A stretch of DNA of 63,378 nt, counting the filler, from Reclinomonas americana ATCC 50394 (Eukaryota), in NCBI GenBank assembly GCA_048213135.1. It is 14 parts of 14 records of this genome, joined end to end, with 100 filler letters (N's around TTAATTAATTAA, not from the genome) between each part and the next. Parts side by side here need not be neighbours in the genome. Positions count along the whole stretch, not along the records: positions 1 to 2,572 come from AFZH01017016.1; positions 2,673 to 13,169 come from AFZH01017017.1; 12 more parts are not named here. One strand, given 5' to 3'. Position 1 is the first letter of the stretch. Every line of letters begins with the position of its first letter. Below the pieces are notes generated by a model. It was not told the DNA's origin. It saw only the letters and a program-made list of their open reading frames with translations, and made no database searches. Positions 1 through 12,870 of this stretch are shown in pieces. The translations under genes and the position numbers were made by a program.

Positions 1-33
1 GGGGCGTGGGTGTTTGTGTGTGTGCTCTCAACC

Positions 34-1450
34 CTACTCGTCGTCGTCGTCATGGTTGTCGAGCTCCTTGTGCTCCTCCTGCTCGTCGCCGTCATCTTGG
101 TCGACCTCTGCCGTCTCCGCAGCCGCGGCGGCCGTCGCCGTCTGCGTCATTTCGGCGCACTCGAGACACACGCCGTGCTCGCTCATAATGTCGCACATGA
201 TGCCGAGGTGATGATGGTACGACGGTTGGGAGTCGCCGCGAGGAGCCGCTGCCTCGCCATCGTCGTCGTCGTCGGCATTGTCGCTGTGTACGTCGACGGT
301 GGCGAGCTCGGCCTGCAGCTGCTGCGCCTCCTTGTCGGTGCGCTGGCGCACGGCGGCCAGCTCGCGTTGCAGCAGAGCGAGTTCGTCGCCGAGGGAGGAG
401 GAGTCGCCGGTGGTTTGCTGGTGGCGGGCGGTGCGACTGGCGGATTCGAGGCGCGTCAGCTCTGTGGGGAAGAGGGGAGTGAGGGGAAGGTCTGAGGGAG
501 AAGGGGAAGGGAAGGAGAAGGAGAGGGAGAAGGGAAGGGGGCGAAAGGGCATGGGATGACACCGATGAAGAGATGGAGGGATGGGGTGGCTGGAAGGGAG
601 GGGGAAGGATGCGAAGGGCATGGAACGACAGAGACTAAGAAATGGAGTGACTGGAAAGGAGGGATGGACGAACAGAGTACTGGATGGAAGGGAAGGAGTG
701 AAGGACTCATGCGATGTTAGAGACGAAGAAGTGGAGAGACTGGAAAGGAGGGATGGAAGGAAGACAAGGGAGGAGGCGAAGGGCATGGACGAGGAGATTG
801 TAAAGCAGGGATGGGTGGAAGAAGAAACGTGTAGAGAAGGAGAAGGGACGGACGAAAGCATATGACAATGAACTGTGCCAACACAAAGAGCCAAGTGGAG
901 TAAAACTGTCACAGAATGCAGTTTCTGAGAGGAGAGAGCATGATGCGAAGAAGCAGATTGGTACGGACGAAGGACAGGTAGCAGAACAAAGCTGTCTTTC
1001 GATATCGAGGAAACGAACGGAACGAATGACGGACAGAGCAAGAAGCAAAAGAGGTAGATTGCTGAGACGATGCAAACGCTGTGCACTGCTGCTCCTTGCT
1101 CAGTCAAGATTCCAGCGAGTGGGAAGAAAATCTTCCTTTCTCGCTCATGGATCGGAAAATCACCTTGCTGAGTCGCCAAAACACGCGCCGCAGTCGCCTG
1201 CCTGTCAGCCTCCCTCTCCCGCGTCTCTGCCTCGAGTTGCTGCAGGCGATTGATTGCTGCTTCCACGCGCAAGTCAGACAACTCACGCATTCAGTGTGCA
1301 CACAAAAAAGTGACTTTGTTGCAGACCATCCTCTCTCTGCCTCTGCACCGCATCCCTCTGCGCCTGCACCTGCACGCGCTTCACCTCCGTCTCACGAATC
1401 GCATCCTCCAACTCCGCCACCTGCTGCAACACCGACTGCGTCTCGCTCAT
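34..1450 (-). CDS. Hypothetical coiled-coil protein with acidic C-terminus (multi-exon)
   Basis: ATG at 1450 (MSETQSVLQQVAELEDAIRETEVKRVQ...). Further coding-like blocks at ~1290-1075 (MRELSDLRVEAAINRLQQLEAETRERE) and ~462-34 (ELTRLESAS...DELALLQRELAAVRQRTDKEAQQLQAELA...DDDDE*), separated by low-complexity introns. No family recognised. Confidence 0.6.
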
Positions 1451-1561
1451 TCGTGTTGAAAAAAAAAAGGGTTCAACTCGATCCGCAATTTCAATTCGTC
1501 GAAGCACGAAAATGACGTCATCGTCGATTGTCCATTTCTCAGGCACGCGTTTTCGTCGCGA

Positions 1562-4500
1562 ATGAGCGACAGGTGTGTGTGTGTGTCTCTCTCTCACTCT
1601 GAGTGTGTGCATGTCTCATGCGTGTGTGTGCACAGGAGTGATGAGTCGCACTTTTTGCGGCCAACACAAGAACTTGTTTCGCGTTTGATTGAAGGTGCTC
1701 GTCCCTCTCTCACTAACACACACTCTTTCTCACTCTCTCTGTGTGTGTCTCACTCAGTTCCCTCACAATCGCCGACTCCTCCACATCGGTCGACATCGCC
1801 ATCGTCGGCATCGCTGTCATTGTTCTCCAGTGGTGGAAGTTGCGTCTGTCTCTCTCTGTCTCTCTCTCACAGTGCACTCTCTCAGTGACGCCTTTTCATT
1901 CGTTGCTGCAGCCACTGACATGCTGCTTTTGCGAATCGACGACTCGATGTCGGCCGTGAGCAGTGGCCGCTCATCGTCGCTCGATCGACTGCTGTTTGAT
2001 GTGGGCGATGGAGTGCCTCCTCCTCCTCCTCCACCGCCTCCTCCTCTGCAGGCAAAGGTGCAGCAGAATGGGAGGAGTGGGAGACTGCGATCGCCTCCGC
2101 CGCCTCCTCCTCCTGCTGCAGACATGCTGTTGTCTTCGGCGCAACCGGTGTGTGTGTGTGCAAGCGATTCATTTTCAGTTGTCTTTTGTCGTGCTGACTT
2201 TGGCGTTTGCGGCAGAGTCTCGCTGTGGATGGTGGGGAGGCTGAGGTCAGCAATCTTCGTTCTTGTGGCTGATTGAATGTGCTTTGCTCGTCTCACTCAG
2301 TTCGATTGCAGGAGGCCGATGATCACTTTGAGATTTCGTCGGCGCCACTGGCGTCTGTGGATGAGGTGAGTTGTTGAATCCTTCCACGAGTACAGATCTT
2401 CACGCTCTGCGCGCATCGTTCCTCTCCGCGTCTCTCTCGCTGCGCACGTCGTTCCTCTCCGCGTCTCTCTCGCTGCGCATCGTTCCTCTCCGCGTCTCTC
2501 TCGCTGCGCATCGCTCCTCTCCGCGTCTCTCTCGCTGCGCATCGTTCCTCTCTGCGTCTCTCTCGCTGCGCANNNNNNNNNNNNNNNNNNNNNNNNNNNN
2601 NNNNNNNNNNNNNNNNTTAATTAATTAANNNNNNNNNNNNNNNNNNNNNNNNNNNNNNNNNNNNNNNNNNNNCGCTGCGCATCGCTCCTCTCCGCGTCTC
2701 CCTCGCTGCGCGTCGTTCCCCCTCTCCGCGTCTCTCTCGCTGCGCATCGCTCCTCTCCGCGTCTCTGTCTCGCTCCACATCGCTCCTCTCGTTTCGCGCT
2801 CATCCCTCACCCTCTTCCCCCCCACAGGCCAGCCTCCGTCGCACCGGCAGCAATGCGTCGGCTGTCGACCCGCAGATCAGTGCCTCCGTCGCTGCCGCCG
2901 CTAACATGTATGATCTGTCGGATGACGAAGACAATGACGAGAGTGGAGGTGCTGCCGAAAAGATGCAAGTCGACAACGACGACGGCGACGGCGGTGTTGG
3001 TGACGGCGACTCTGTGAGTCTGGCGGGGGACACCGCGCAGTGGGCCAGGCGCCTCGTCGACGACGACGATTTTGACGGCGACGACGAGGAGACAAGGAGA
3101 GAAAGGAGAATAGCAGGCGGTGGTGATGACGACGATGATGACGACGACGATGATGAGCAGTTGTTGGTGAGTGCATTCACGTTTTCCTTTCTTTTTTCTT
3201 TCCAGCGCTTATCGAAATGTCACTGCAGGCCGCACCCCCGCCACTGGTCCTTCTCGATCCCGATGGCGAACCACCAGCGCCCATGTCAGCCTTCATGGTA
3301 ACTCGTGCACCTCACGGTTGTCTTGCCTTCCACGCCACTCACCTGTTTTATTTCAGTCACGCATTTGCATGAGAGAGGACAGCGCGTCGAGTTCCGCACG
3401 CGACTCACTGGGCGCCGACGAGCGGCGGTTGTGGTCCTCGCAAGCCACCAACAGCAGCAGCGTGGTGGAAGAGAAGGTCGGAGAAGACGACGACGACGAC
3501 GACGACGACGCCGCAGCCGCGCATCACTTTCACCAGCCCTCCAATGTCTCCCCGATGTCGTCCGCCTCGTCGTCCATGTCCTCCGCGGCTCCAATCGCAC
3601 TGGCGGCCTCATTACCACCCGTTGTGCCTGCGACGCCAGAGGACAAGATCACGCTCATTGTGGCGCCAACTCCGTCGGTGCGTCTGCTCTCTCTCGCTTG
3701 CATGTGTCTCTGTCGTCTCACGCCAAACCCCATGCACCCTGCCCATCATTACTTCTGCCTTCTTTCCTTTCTTGCCCATCATTGCCTCCAGTCACCACCT
3801 GCACCTGCACGACCTGCACTGCACTTGTCACACTCCGACTCTGCACAAACCTGTCCCTACGATGCCACACCGTGCTCGCCAGACACATCTCGTGCTCGCG
3901 ACGATGAGCGCACACAGCCTCTCATCTTGCTCGATGAACAGTCGATGCCGGAACCGACACCACCACCACCACCTCCTCCTTCTGCGGCATTACCACCACC
4001 GCCGCCGCCACCGCCTCCCCCTCGTGCCCCTTCGCCACAGTATGCAGTGCCAGCGACGCCGAGGTACATTAGATTTAATGTGCTCTTCTCTCTTCGCTTC
4101 GCCCACACCGCTCTCCGTCAGTTCCGCAATCGCAGCCTCCGCACCGGATTCATTAGCATCGACAACAGCTATCGGTTTGTGGCCTGTCGTCCTGCTCCTT
4201 TCCCTTGCTTTGCCCGCTCACCGTGCCTGTGTACACAGCTCAAGCGGTGCGACGAGTGACATTTGGCGCACACGATCTCGTCTTCAGCCCCGCTCCCGAT
4301 CTCAGCGCCGGCAACTCGCAGCCGAGCACGGCGACTCGCTCACCGACCCCACCGTCGTCGGTACCGACGGCGAAGGCCGCGGCGCCGCTCCCTATCAACA
4401 CGGCCAATATTCTGCGCACCGCCGGCCGCGTGTACGAGCAGCAGTCCAAGGCGGCACGCGGTGACACTGCGAGTCCTCGACCGCAGGTGCTGGACGACGT

Positions 4501-7500
4501 CAGGCAGCGTCGTTTGCTCGGACAGCAGCCGCCACTCGTGTGCACCACCGAGTCGACTCCGCCTCTTGCACAGCCGCCGCTTATTGTGCAGCCGACGCCT
4601 CCGGAGGAGCCGAGTAATCAGCCAAAAGTGGTGGCGGCCGCTGCTGCTTCGCTGTCTCCCAGTCCTCGGTGTGTGAGGAACGGGAGAAGGGGGGAGAAGG
4701 GGAAGGGGAAAGGGCAGAGGGGGAGGGGAAGGGGGGAAGAGCCGAAGGGGGAAGGAGGAAGAGGAAGGGAAGGGGAGGGAAGCGGTAGAAGAAGGAGGAG
4801 GGAAAGATAGAAAATGGAATGGGGACAAGGTGAAGCAGGAGGATAGAAGAGATTAGATGTAGCGGTAATACGGAAACATGGAAACGTGGAAGTGGAGATA
4901 GGGCGAGGTGAAGTGGAGAAGGATGACTTGTGAACGGGGGGAAGACAATTCGGTCAGATGGGTGAAATAAGGAGGAAGGGAGAATGGAAGTGGTGGAAAG
5001 AGGAAGGGGAGAAGCGGTAAATGGTGGGGGAAAAGAGAGGAATCGGGGGAAGCTGTGGTGGAGGAGACAAAGTAGGACTGAGAGAGATAGGTGCAAAAAG
5101 AAAGGGGAGAGGGGAATGGAGAAAAGAGGATGGGGAGAAACGGCAAAGGGTGGACGGGGCAAGGTGAGAAAGGAAACAGAGGAAGCTGTGGTGGGGAGTA
5201 GTCGAAGAAGCAATGAGAGCGATATGTGCAAAAGAAAGGGAGAGGGGAAAGGAGAAAAAGGACGGGGAGAAACGGCAGTGGGTGGACGGGGCAAGGGGAA
5301 AAGGGATACAACAGTCGAAGAAGGAATGTGAGAGATGGGAGATAGAGTGACCAGGCGACAGAGGAAGATGCGATGACAAGCAGCAAGTGCCAGAGTGGAA
5401 CAGAGAGTGATGCGCACGACAGTGTGGTGACGAGCGCGAAAGTGAGTGTGCGAGTGAGTGAATTCGACTGCAGTGGGAGTGCGTGATCATTTGTGAAAGC
5501 CCGTGTGCGAGGAACTTGCGTATCCTGACTTGCCTGTTGTGAATTGCAGACAAGTCTCACGGCGCCGCATTCTCGACGAGTCGAACGAGGACCTGTCGGC
5601 CACTGACGACGCCATGCGGCCAGTGGTGCGTGCAGCATGTTTTCTCCTCTCCCCAGCCCAGCTCTCTCACTGCATTCTTTCGCGCGCAGCAATCCTCTCC
5701 CGCCGAACCACTGCTACCCATGTCACCATCCAGTCCGTCACCGCTGGTGTCGGAACATGAATCGTCGGAAGGTGACGATGACCATCACGACGACGGCGGC
5801 GAGGACGAGGAGGACGACTTGCGGTTGCCTCTGCCACTGCCACCACCGGCACCAGGCTCGCCATCGTTGCAGCGCGGCGGCGTTGCTCCCTCGCAGGCCG
5901 CCTTGGCCGGAGCCGCCGTGCTGGCACGAATTCCGCGAATGGTCGAGGTACGCGCAGCAGTGTTGTGCTCCCACTGACGCCACACATGCTCACTCCCTTT
6001 TCCCCCCACAGCGTCACTCGCCACCCGATGATTTTCTGTTTGAACCACACCCGCCACCACCGGTTGCTCCCGTGGAAGACCTGCAGTTGCGTCGAGAGAA
6101 GTGCCCGAGTCTCTGCGTCTGTGTCTCAACTCACTGGCAACACGCGCAGAGCAAGCGAGTGCGTGATGTGTGGCTTGGAAGGGTCCCCTTTCTATCTGAG
6201 TTGCTTATTCATTGCTGCGCAGATCACCGGCGGTCACAAGAGTGCGCGAGTCTCGGTGCGTTTGCTGTGCCCGTGAGCGACATGTGATGAGCGTGCATCT
6301 CACTCGTGGTGGCAGCTCGCGAAGCCGACGGAGACCGGTCGTAGAAGAGGACGAGGAGGAGGAGGACGACGAGGACGGTGAGTATGTGGACGAAGACGAG
6401 GAAGAAGAAGAGGAGGAAATCGAGGAGGAGGAGGAGGTGGAGCCACGGCGACGAAGGCGCCACACCAGCAATGCAGTGTCGGTGCCTTCTCGACCTCGTC
6501 GCTCGGCGACTCCAACCCCACGAGTGGCCGCGCTGGCAGCAAAGAAGAAGAGGAAACAGGAACAAGAAAAAGCAGGTCGCGAAAAGGCGGCGGGGAAGCG
6601 ACAGGAGCTGTCAGGAGCGTCGATGACTTCCGACGACGGTGCCGGTGTCGGTCTTGGCTCTCCTGCTGCGGAGGTACTGGCACACTCGCGAATGTGCTTG
6701 GCTGTGTGCATTGTGTACTGAAACGCCTCGTGTTGCAGTCTTCAAGCCCGTACGGACTGCGTCCACGCAAAAGTGGTCGCGTTGGACGCAGCGTCGCAAA
6801 GACGGGTTCCAGCAGCAGACGCACGCGTTCACCCACTGTTTCGTGAGCGATTATTACATGTGTGCAATTCCGTCTGCTGACCATGACGTGTGCAGAAGGA
6901 AGTTGAGGAACCTCCAGCCGCTACGAGCAACAAGCGTCGGCGTGTGGAGCCCGTCGCCAGTGAGACACCTGTTCGTGTGGGACGCAAGCGCACTCGTGAG
7001 GTGTGTCCATCAGCAGCGGTGGTAGTTGTGTGTCCAGTGGCTGACCCTGTGACAGCAGGTGGAAGCGGCGTCCGCTGGGTCGACTGCCACCGAAAACTCA
7101 TCGTCGCCGCCGCGCAAGTCACGCCGTGTGGAGGTTGCGTGTTGGCCAGCTGTCTTGTGAGCAAGTGGTATTTGGGCTGAACATTGTTTTGTTTCAGGCT
7201 CACCGTTCAACGAATTCATCTCGTCGCACCAAGGAAGCTGTGCGTGCAATCACGTGGAAGAGAAACACAGCACGCAACTCACACGGTGTTTGATGTGCAG
7301 GCACAGGTCTCGCCTCCGAAAACACGGCCAACCAGAGTTGAGTCTTACTTTTTGTCATTTTTTTGTTGCGGCATGTCTGCGTGCTGACATGGAATGCTGT
7401 CACGCACAGGCCTCAACTCCTGCAACGACTGAGTCGAGTAAGGATGCTTCGCCTGTGACCTCCTCGCGCACCTCAGGTCGCCAAAGTGTGGCTGCCAAAC

Positions 7501-9940
7501 CGCCGGCTGCAGGTATGTGCGCTAACTTGGCGTTCTCTTTCAACACGCATTTCTCACTCCCGTAGGTGCAGCTCCCGAGCGTGCGTCTCGTCGCCGAGCC
7601 GAGTCAGCGTCGACACCGGCAGGTGGTGCAGGTGGGCCGATGTCGGGAATTGTTATCGTTTGTCTTGAATCGTCGGTAATCCTTGTTGGGTGCGCAGAAG
7701 AGTCGGAAGTCACAGACGCGTCACAGCAGGACGAGGATATGTACACGGATCTTGTGTCGGCGGCGGAGCGATGCCCACCATTCTTCCGCGACATGCATTT
7801 TCTCATCACTGCTGGTGGCAAGAAGAGCTGTTGCGTGTTACCGACATGTTCTGCGTCTCTCGCATACATTGCGCGTTCTTTTGGCTGCTTTCGACCTCTG
7901 TTGCTCAGTCCCTCTTCTCTCATTCTCGTGTTTCATGTCTAGTCCACCGTCTCTTGTTTAACTGTGTCGTGTCTCTCGCTCAACTGTGTCGTGTCTCACG
8001 CATGCATTCTTTCGTATCCTCTGAAGATGCCTTTCTATGCCTTCGCTTCCCATTCCTCTCGATGTGTTCTGTGCTCTTCTGCGTCTGTTTCACTTATTTT
8101 TGTCTGTCATACTCGTCCACCTGCTGTGGATGTACTCTCCTGCACAGTCCGACGTATCACATTCTCCTGTGCAAGTCTCACTCATTCGGCATGTCTGTTC
8201 CACTGTGTCTTTGCTTTCTCCTCTTGCCCATTTCACACTGTCTCACTAAGCCGTCTCACGTCTCACTCATTCGGCATGTCCCTTGCACTTGCCGCTTACT
8301 TGCTGCCGTTTAATGCTCCACCCTCACTCATTCACCTGCCTCACATCCCATTCCGTCTTTCGCTTTTCCGCGCGCCCTTACCCAAGATATTATGTCCACA
8401 GCCACGGAATCGCTGACGACGGTGGTGAAGACGCTTGGTGGTCACGTGTGGAACACGGTGGAGGATCTCGAAAAGCAACGACGGCGATGGGAGGATGTTG
8501 CGTCTAACCTTCGGTGAGGTTCTTTCTCTCTTTCGCGTCGCTGATTGATGAACGCACGCAGAAAACGTGGAGCCTCGCCGTGCTCAGCGATCGCGTGCAC
8601 AAGAACGAAAAGTACCGGTATGGATTGGCGGTGGGCGGGCCTGTTCTGCAGTTTGAGTGGGTGCGGGAGTGTGTGAAGAAGGTGAGGCGGGGTGAGGAAG
8701 GGGAGGGGAGGAGGAGAAGGAAGGGGAGGGAAGGGGAAGTCAGTGTGAAGGAGATGGATAGTGAAGGGGAAGGGAACGGAAGGTGGAGGAAGGGAATAGG
8801 AAATAAGAGAGGAGGGGAGGGGAAGGGAAAGGGATAAGCTTGGGGTGACGGGAAAGAGGAGGGAAAGGGAAGGCGAAGGAAAGAGAGGACCGGGGAAGTC
8901 AGTGTGAACGAGATGGGATTTAGAATGGGAAGTAGAAGGGGGGAGGAAGGGGGAGGACGGGGGAGGAAGGGGAAGGAAGGGAATAGAAAATAAGAAAGGA
9001 GGAGAGAAGAAAGCTCGAGAAGAATGGGATTGAGGATGGGAAGAAGAAGGTGATGAGAAGGGAGGGAAGGGGCAGTTAGGGTGAAGGAGATGGAACTGAG
9101 AACGGCAAGCGAAAGAGGAAATCGGAAAGGAGGGCGAAAGCAACAGAGAAGAGTAGGATAGAGTTGTTGACGGAAGGCGACACAACTGAAGAGAGAGAGA
9201 GATTGAGAAGAGTAGGAGAGAGAGAGAGAGTGAGTCGCAAGATGACGGAATGTTGGCTGCTTGGAAATGGCAAATACAGACAGAGAGCACTTTGTCATTG
9301 CCACTGAATCCTACGATGCAGAAACGCCTGATCGAGGCTGCCGCGGTCGGGAAGTACATGTTGCCTGCTGGTGTCGACGAAACGAAAACGACGCACGCGC
9401 AGATACCACCTCGCCCTTCGTTGCGTTTCTCTGAGATCTGTTGTTTCTATCCCTTTGTGAAAACTGACGCTCTCCCTCCACGCAGGTTCACAGTGTGGCC
9501 ACGCGCCGATCGAGTGTTTGCCGAACAGCACATTCTGCTCGTCGGCGGACCCGGGAGCGATGTCGATGTGTTGCGTGCTTCTGGAGTTGGTGATGTGCAC
9601 GACGCAGCGACAACTCACTTTTGCGCCACAGCGAATCCCTTGCTCGGCTGTTGAGTGCCGGTGGCGCCACCGTGTACCGAGGCAAGATGCCGTCGGCCAA
9701 GCAAGCTGTTGATGTGGCCGTGTTTACCGGGTTTCCCTTGCCGACTGTACTCGCACAGAGGTATGCGTCTTATCCTCTCACTCGACCCTCCTCCTGCTCG
9801 CAGCTGATCACCACCACCCACACAGTTGTCGTGAGCGCGACATCGCCATTGTGAATCACCAGTGGGTCATTGACTCGCTGTACTGGCAGCGCATACTTGG
9901 GCCGACCGAGTGTGCATACTTTACACCGCACCCGAAATGA
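1562..9940 (+). CDS. 53BP1/Crb2/Rad9-like DNA-damage checkpoint mediator: long disordered N-terminus and C-terminal tandem BRCT domains (many exons; 5' end tentative)
   Basis: Spliced C-terminal exons (~7780-9940) read FFRDMHFLIT...VKTLGGHV...LAVLSDRVHKNEKYRYGLAVGGPVLQFEWVRECVKK...KYMLPAGVDE...VFAEQHILLVG...LARLLSAGGATV...VDVAVF...IAIVNHQWVIDSLYWQRILG, TGA at 9938-9940. This parallels the 53BP1-family BRCT pair (KY..LA.G.P....WV..C; YLLPAG linker; W(V/I)..L). Upstream exons are acidic and Pro/Ser-rich. Confidence 0.7.
2405..2800 (+). repeat. ~31-bp intronic minisatellite (CGCTGCGCATCGTTCCTCTCCGCGTCTCTCT)n interrupted by a gap
   Basis: Directly visible tandem copies on both sides of the gap at 2573-2672. 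Confidence 0.9.
2573..2672. other. Artificial 100-nt gap spacer (N44-TTAATTAATTAA-N44). Also at 13170, 23033, 27732, 28845, 31681, 33750, 35301, 47534, 49109, 52241, 53386 and 61980
   Basis: Identical linker with stops in all six frames between N runs. Repeats and genes continue across several of these spacers, suggesting scaffold order. Confidence 0.97.
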
Positions 9941-9968
9941 AATTAAACAAAAGGTAGTGTGTTTACAG

Positions 9969-12552
9969 TTACTTGCCGAGCACCTCCCACGCCATCTTGT
10001 CGTAGTTGATGACGCCCTTGTGATCGGGGTCGAGTTCGTCGATAATGGCCAAAATCTCCACGTCGCTCAACGCACCCAGCGAGGCGTTGCCGTAGAATTT
10101 GAGGACGTGCATGAGGCGCTCGGTGGTGATGGTGCCGGGCTTGTTGGGTGTCTGGAACTGGTTGAAGGAGCGAATCACGTCGCGGGCGGTGTAGTCGGTC
10201 TCCGGTTGTCGCGAGAGCACCTTGACGAACTCCTTGAAGCCGATGGCGCCGTCCTCGTCTTCGTCCACCTGTTGAGGGGGAGGGGCAAAGGGGGTTGGTG
10301 GGATGAATCGACGGCCGCGCAAAGGGAAAGTAGAACGATGAAGGAAGTGTGAAATTTGAATCGACGGCCGCGCAGCGGCTGTCGCAAGAAGAAAACAAAG
10401 GTGTGTACAGTGGTTCAGGCAGTCGGTGGCGAAGATGACGAAGTGAGAGAGAAATATGAATCGACGGCCGCGCAGCGGCTGTCGCAACAGGGAAGCATAG
10501 ATATGCACGGTTGTGGCAAGAGTGCTTGAAGGATGAAGAAGAGAGAGAAAAATAATAATCGACGGCCGCGCAGCGGCTGTCGCAAGAAGTAAGCAAAGAT
10601 GGGCATGGTTGGCCAGGTGGGTGGCGACGACAGCGGCAACAGTGTTTGGAGGATGAAGAAGAGAGAGAGAAATAAGAATCGACGGCCGCGCAGCGGCTGT
10701 CGCAAGTACAAAGTGAGAACGCGTGCAGTGGGTGGCTGGCGACGATAGCGGCAACAGTGCTTGAAGGTTGAAGAAGAGAGAGAGAAATAAGAATCGACGG
10801 CCGCGCAGCGGCTGTCGCAACAGGAAAGCAAGTATGTGCACGGTTGCGGCAACAGTGCTTGGAGGATGAAGAAGAGGGAGAGAAATAAGAATCGACGGCC
10901 GCGAAGCGGCTGTCGCAAGTGCAAAGAGAGCACGAGCACGAGTGGGGTGGGCGGCAGGTGACGACAGCGGCAACAGTGCTTGGAGAATGAGGAAGACGGA
11001 GAGAAATAAGAATCGACGGCCGCGCAGCGGCTGTCGCAAGAGGAAAGCAACGATGGGCACGGTTGATCGGGCGGCAGGCGACGACAGCATCAACAGTGCT
11101 TCGTGGATGAGGAAGACAAAGAGAAATATGATCGACGGCCGCGAAGCGGCTGTCGCAAGTGCAAAAGAGAACGAGTGGAGTGGGCGGCTGACGACGACAG
11201 CGGCAACAGTGCTTGGAGAATGAGGAAGACGGAGAGAAATAAGAATCGACGGCCGCGCAGCGGCTGTCGCAAGAGGAAAGCAACGATGGGCACGGTTGAT
11301 CAGGCGGCTGGCGACGACAGTGGAACGAGTATTAAGAACAAGAGAGAGTGAAATATGAATCGACGGCCGCGCAGCGGCTGTCGTAAAGTGGCCAGGCAGG
11401 CGGTGGTGAAGGATGAAGAAGACAGAGAAATAAGAATCGACGGCCGCGCAGGGCTGTCGCAACAGGAAAGCAACGATGGGCACAGCTGGCCAGGTGGCTG
11501 ACTACGATAGCGTCAACAGTGCTTGGGGGATGAGGAAGACGGAGAGAAATAAGAATCGACGGCCGCGCAGCGGCTGTCGCAAGAGGTCAAAAGAACGTAT
11601 GCACTGGGTGGCAGGCAGGTATTCGAGGACGAAGCGCGATGCGGCACAACGATATTCGCAGGGAGCGACGCATTTCTCCTCTTGATGTGACAGCGCCCTC
11701 TCGATCTCAATCTCGCCACGCACCTCCTTCACAATCTCCTCCACCTCCTCCATACTCGTCGGCACTTGGAGCATCATCAGCAGCGAATACAATTCGTCCA
11801 CATCAATGGCTCCGCTGCGATCCAGGTCGACGTAGTCAAAGATTTCTCGAAACTCCTTCAACTCGGCCGCCGACACCTTGCGTTGTCTGTGAAGGGAGGA
11901 GGGGTGAGATGCGTCGGAGAGGTGAGGAGTGGCACAACTCGACGAACCGTACAGGTTTCTTGACGGCGGGTGAGCCGGTGCTCTGTTGTCGTCAAAGTCG
12001 GCGATGAGTGATGAAGAGGAGAGGCAGGAGAGGCAAGAGAGAGACGCAACAGCTCGCAGTGATGCGGCCTCGGCGGCCGCTGCAAACATGAGAACGCTGC
12101 CGGATCGTTTGCCGAGGATTTCCGGGGTGGATGGTCGGCGTACGCGAGAGCCCTGCAGATTGGAGGGAAGGGCAGGATCAGCTTGAAGAGAGAAAGAATA
12201 CACAAGGACTGGATCATGTCTGCGCGACAGAGTGCTGAGCAGCACAAGGAGAGTGAAACATCGACACTTTCGGAAACAAGTGCACAGGGATGAGAATGAA
12301 GGAGACATACAAAGCAACGGGAGACAGGATCACTTCTGCCAGATGCGAGGAGGGCGAGAGATCTGTGCGATTGTCTCTCCAGAACACAGAATGAAAGAGA
12401 GAGAAAGAGCGCAAAGGGAGACTGGATCATGTCTGCACAAGGTGAGGGAAACATCGATGCTCCTGTCCCTCTCGGAAATAGCGCATGGGAAAGAGAGAGA
12501 GAAGAAGAGACAAGGCAAGAATGCGGAGAAGCGAATGGATCACGCAGTTCCT

Positions 12553-12642
<90 letters not shown>

Positions 12643-12870
12643 CCCCTTCCACCCTCCCACCCTTCTCCCCACACCACTCACCCTCCTCGACCGCCCACCC
12701 TGCGAGCTGCTCGGCCGACTCCCCGACTGCGATCCCGACTGCGAACCACCACCGTCCGACGAACCCGATCCACCCACAACCACCGCCACTCCCACACTAT
12801 TCGCCCCAGACGCATTCTCCACAGACACAGTCGCTCCAACACTCAACGACGACGACGCAGAAGACGCCAT
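9969..12870 (-). CDS. Calmodulin/centrin-like EF-hand protein with N-terminal low-complexity extension (5' exons tentative)
   Basis: Exon ~11887-11724: ELKEFREIFDYVDLDRSGAIDVDELYSLLMMLQVPTSMEEVEEIVKE|gtgcgt. Exon 10268-9969: cag|VDEDEDGAIGFKEFVKVLSR...IIDELDPDHKGVINYDKMAWEVLGK*. EF loops DLDRSGAID, DEDEDGAIG and DPDHKGVIN; the third loop is degenerate. Confidence 0.85.
10305..11583 (+). repeat. Intronic array of 12 full + 1 half copies of a hairpin core CGACGGCCGC-G(C/A)A-GCGGCTGTCG, period ~77-121 bp
   Basis: Core GAC starts at 10363, 10463, 10561, 10681, 10796, 10894, 11015, 11134, 11248, 11362, 11439 and 11558, with a half copy at 10310. The intervening sequence is related but much more divergent. 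Confidence 0.93.

Noticed and set aside
2573..2672. Recurrent TTAATTAATTAA palindrome between N runs
   Set aside because: Artificial six-frame-stop linker; ORFs ending in 'LIN' or X runs are artefacts.
9943..11483. Long 446/504-aa minus-strand ORFs with repeated CDSRCAAVDS / LRQPLRGRR
   Set aside because: These are translations of the intronic repeat array; only 9969-10268 is real coding sequence.
10305..11583. Bona fide CRISPR array
   Set aside because: Eukaryotic intron, no cas genes, and spacers are long, variable in length and related to one another. Kept only as a hairpin repeat family.
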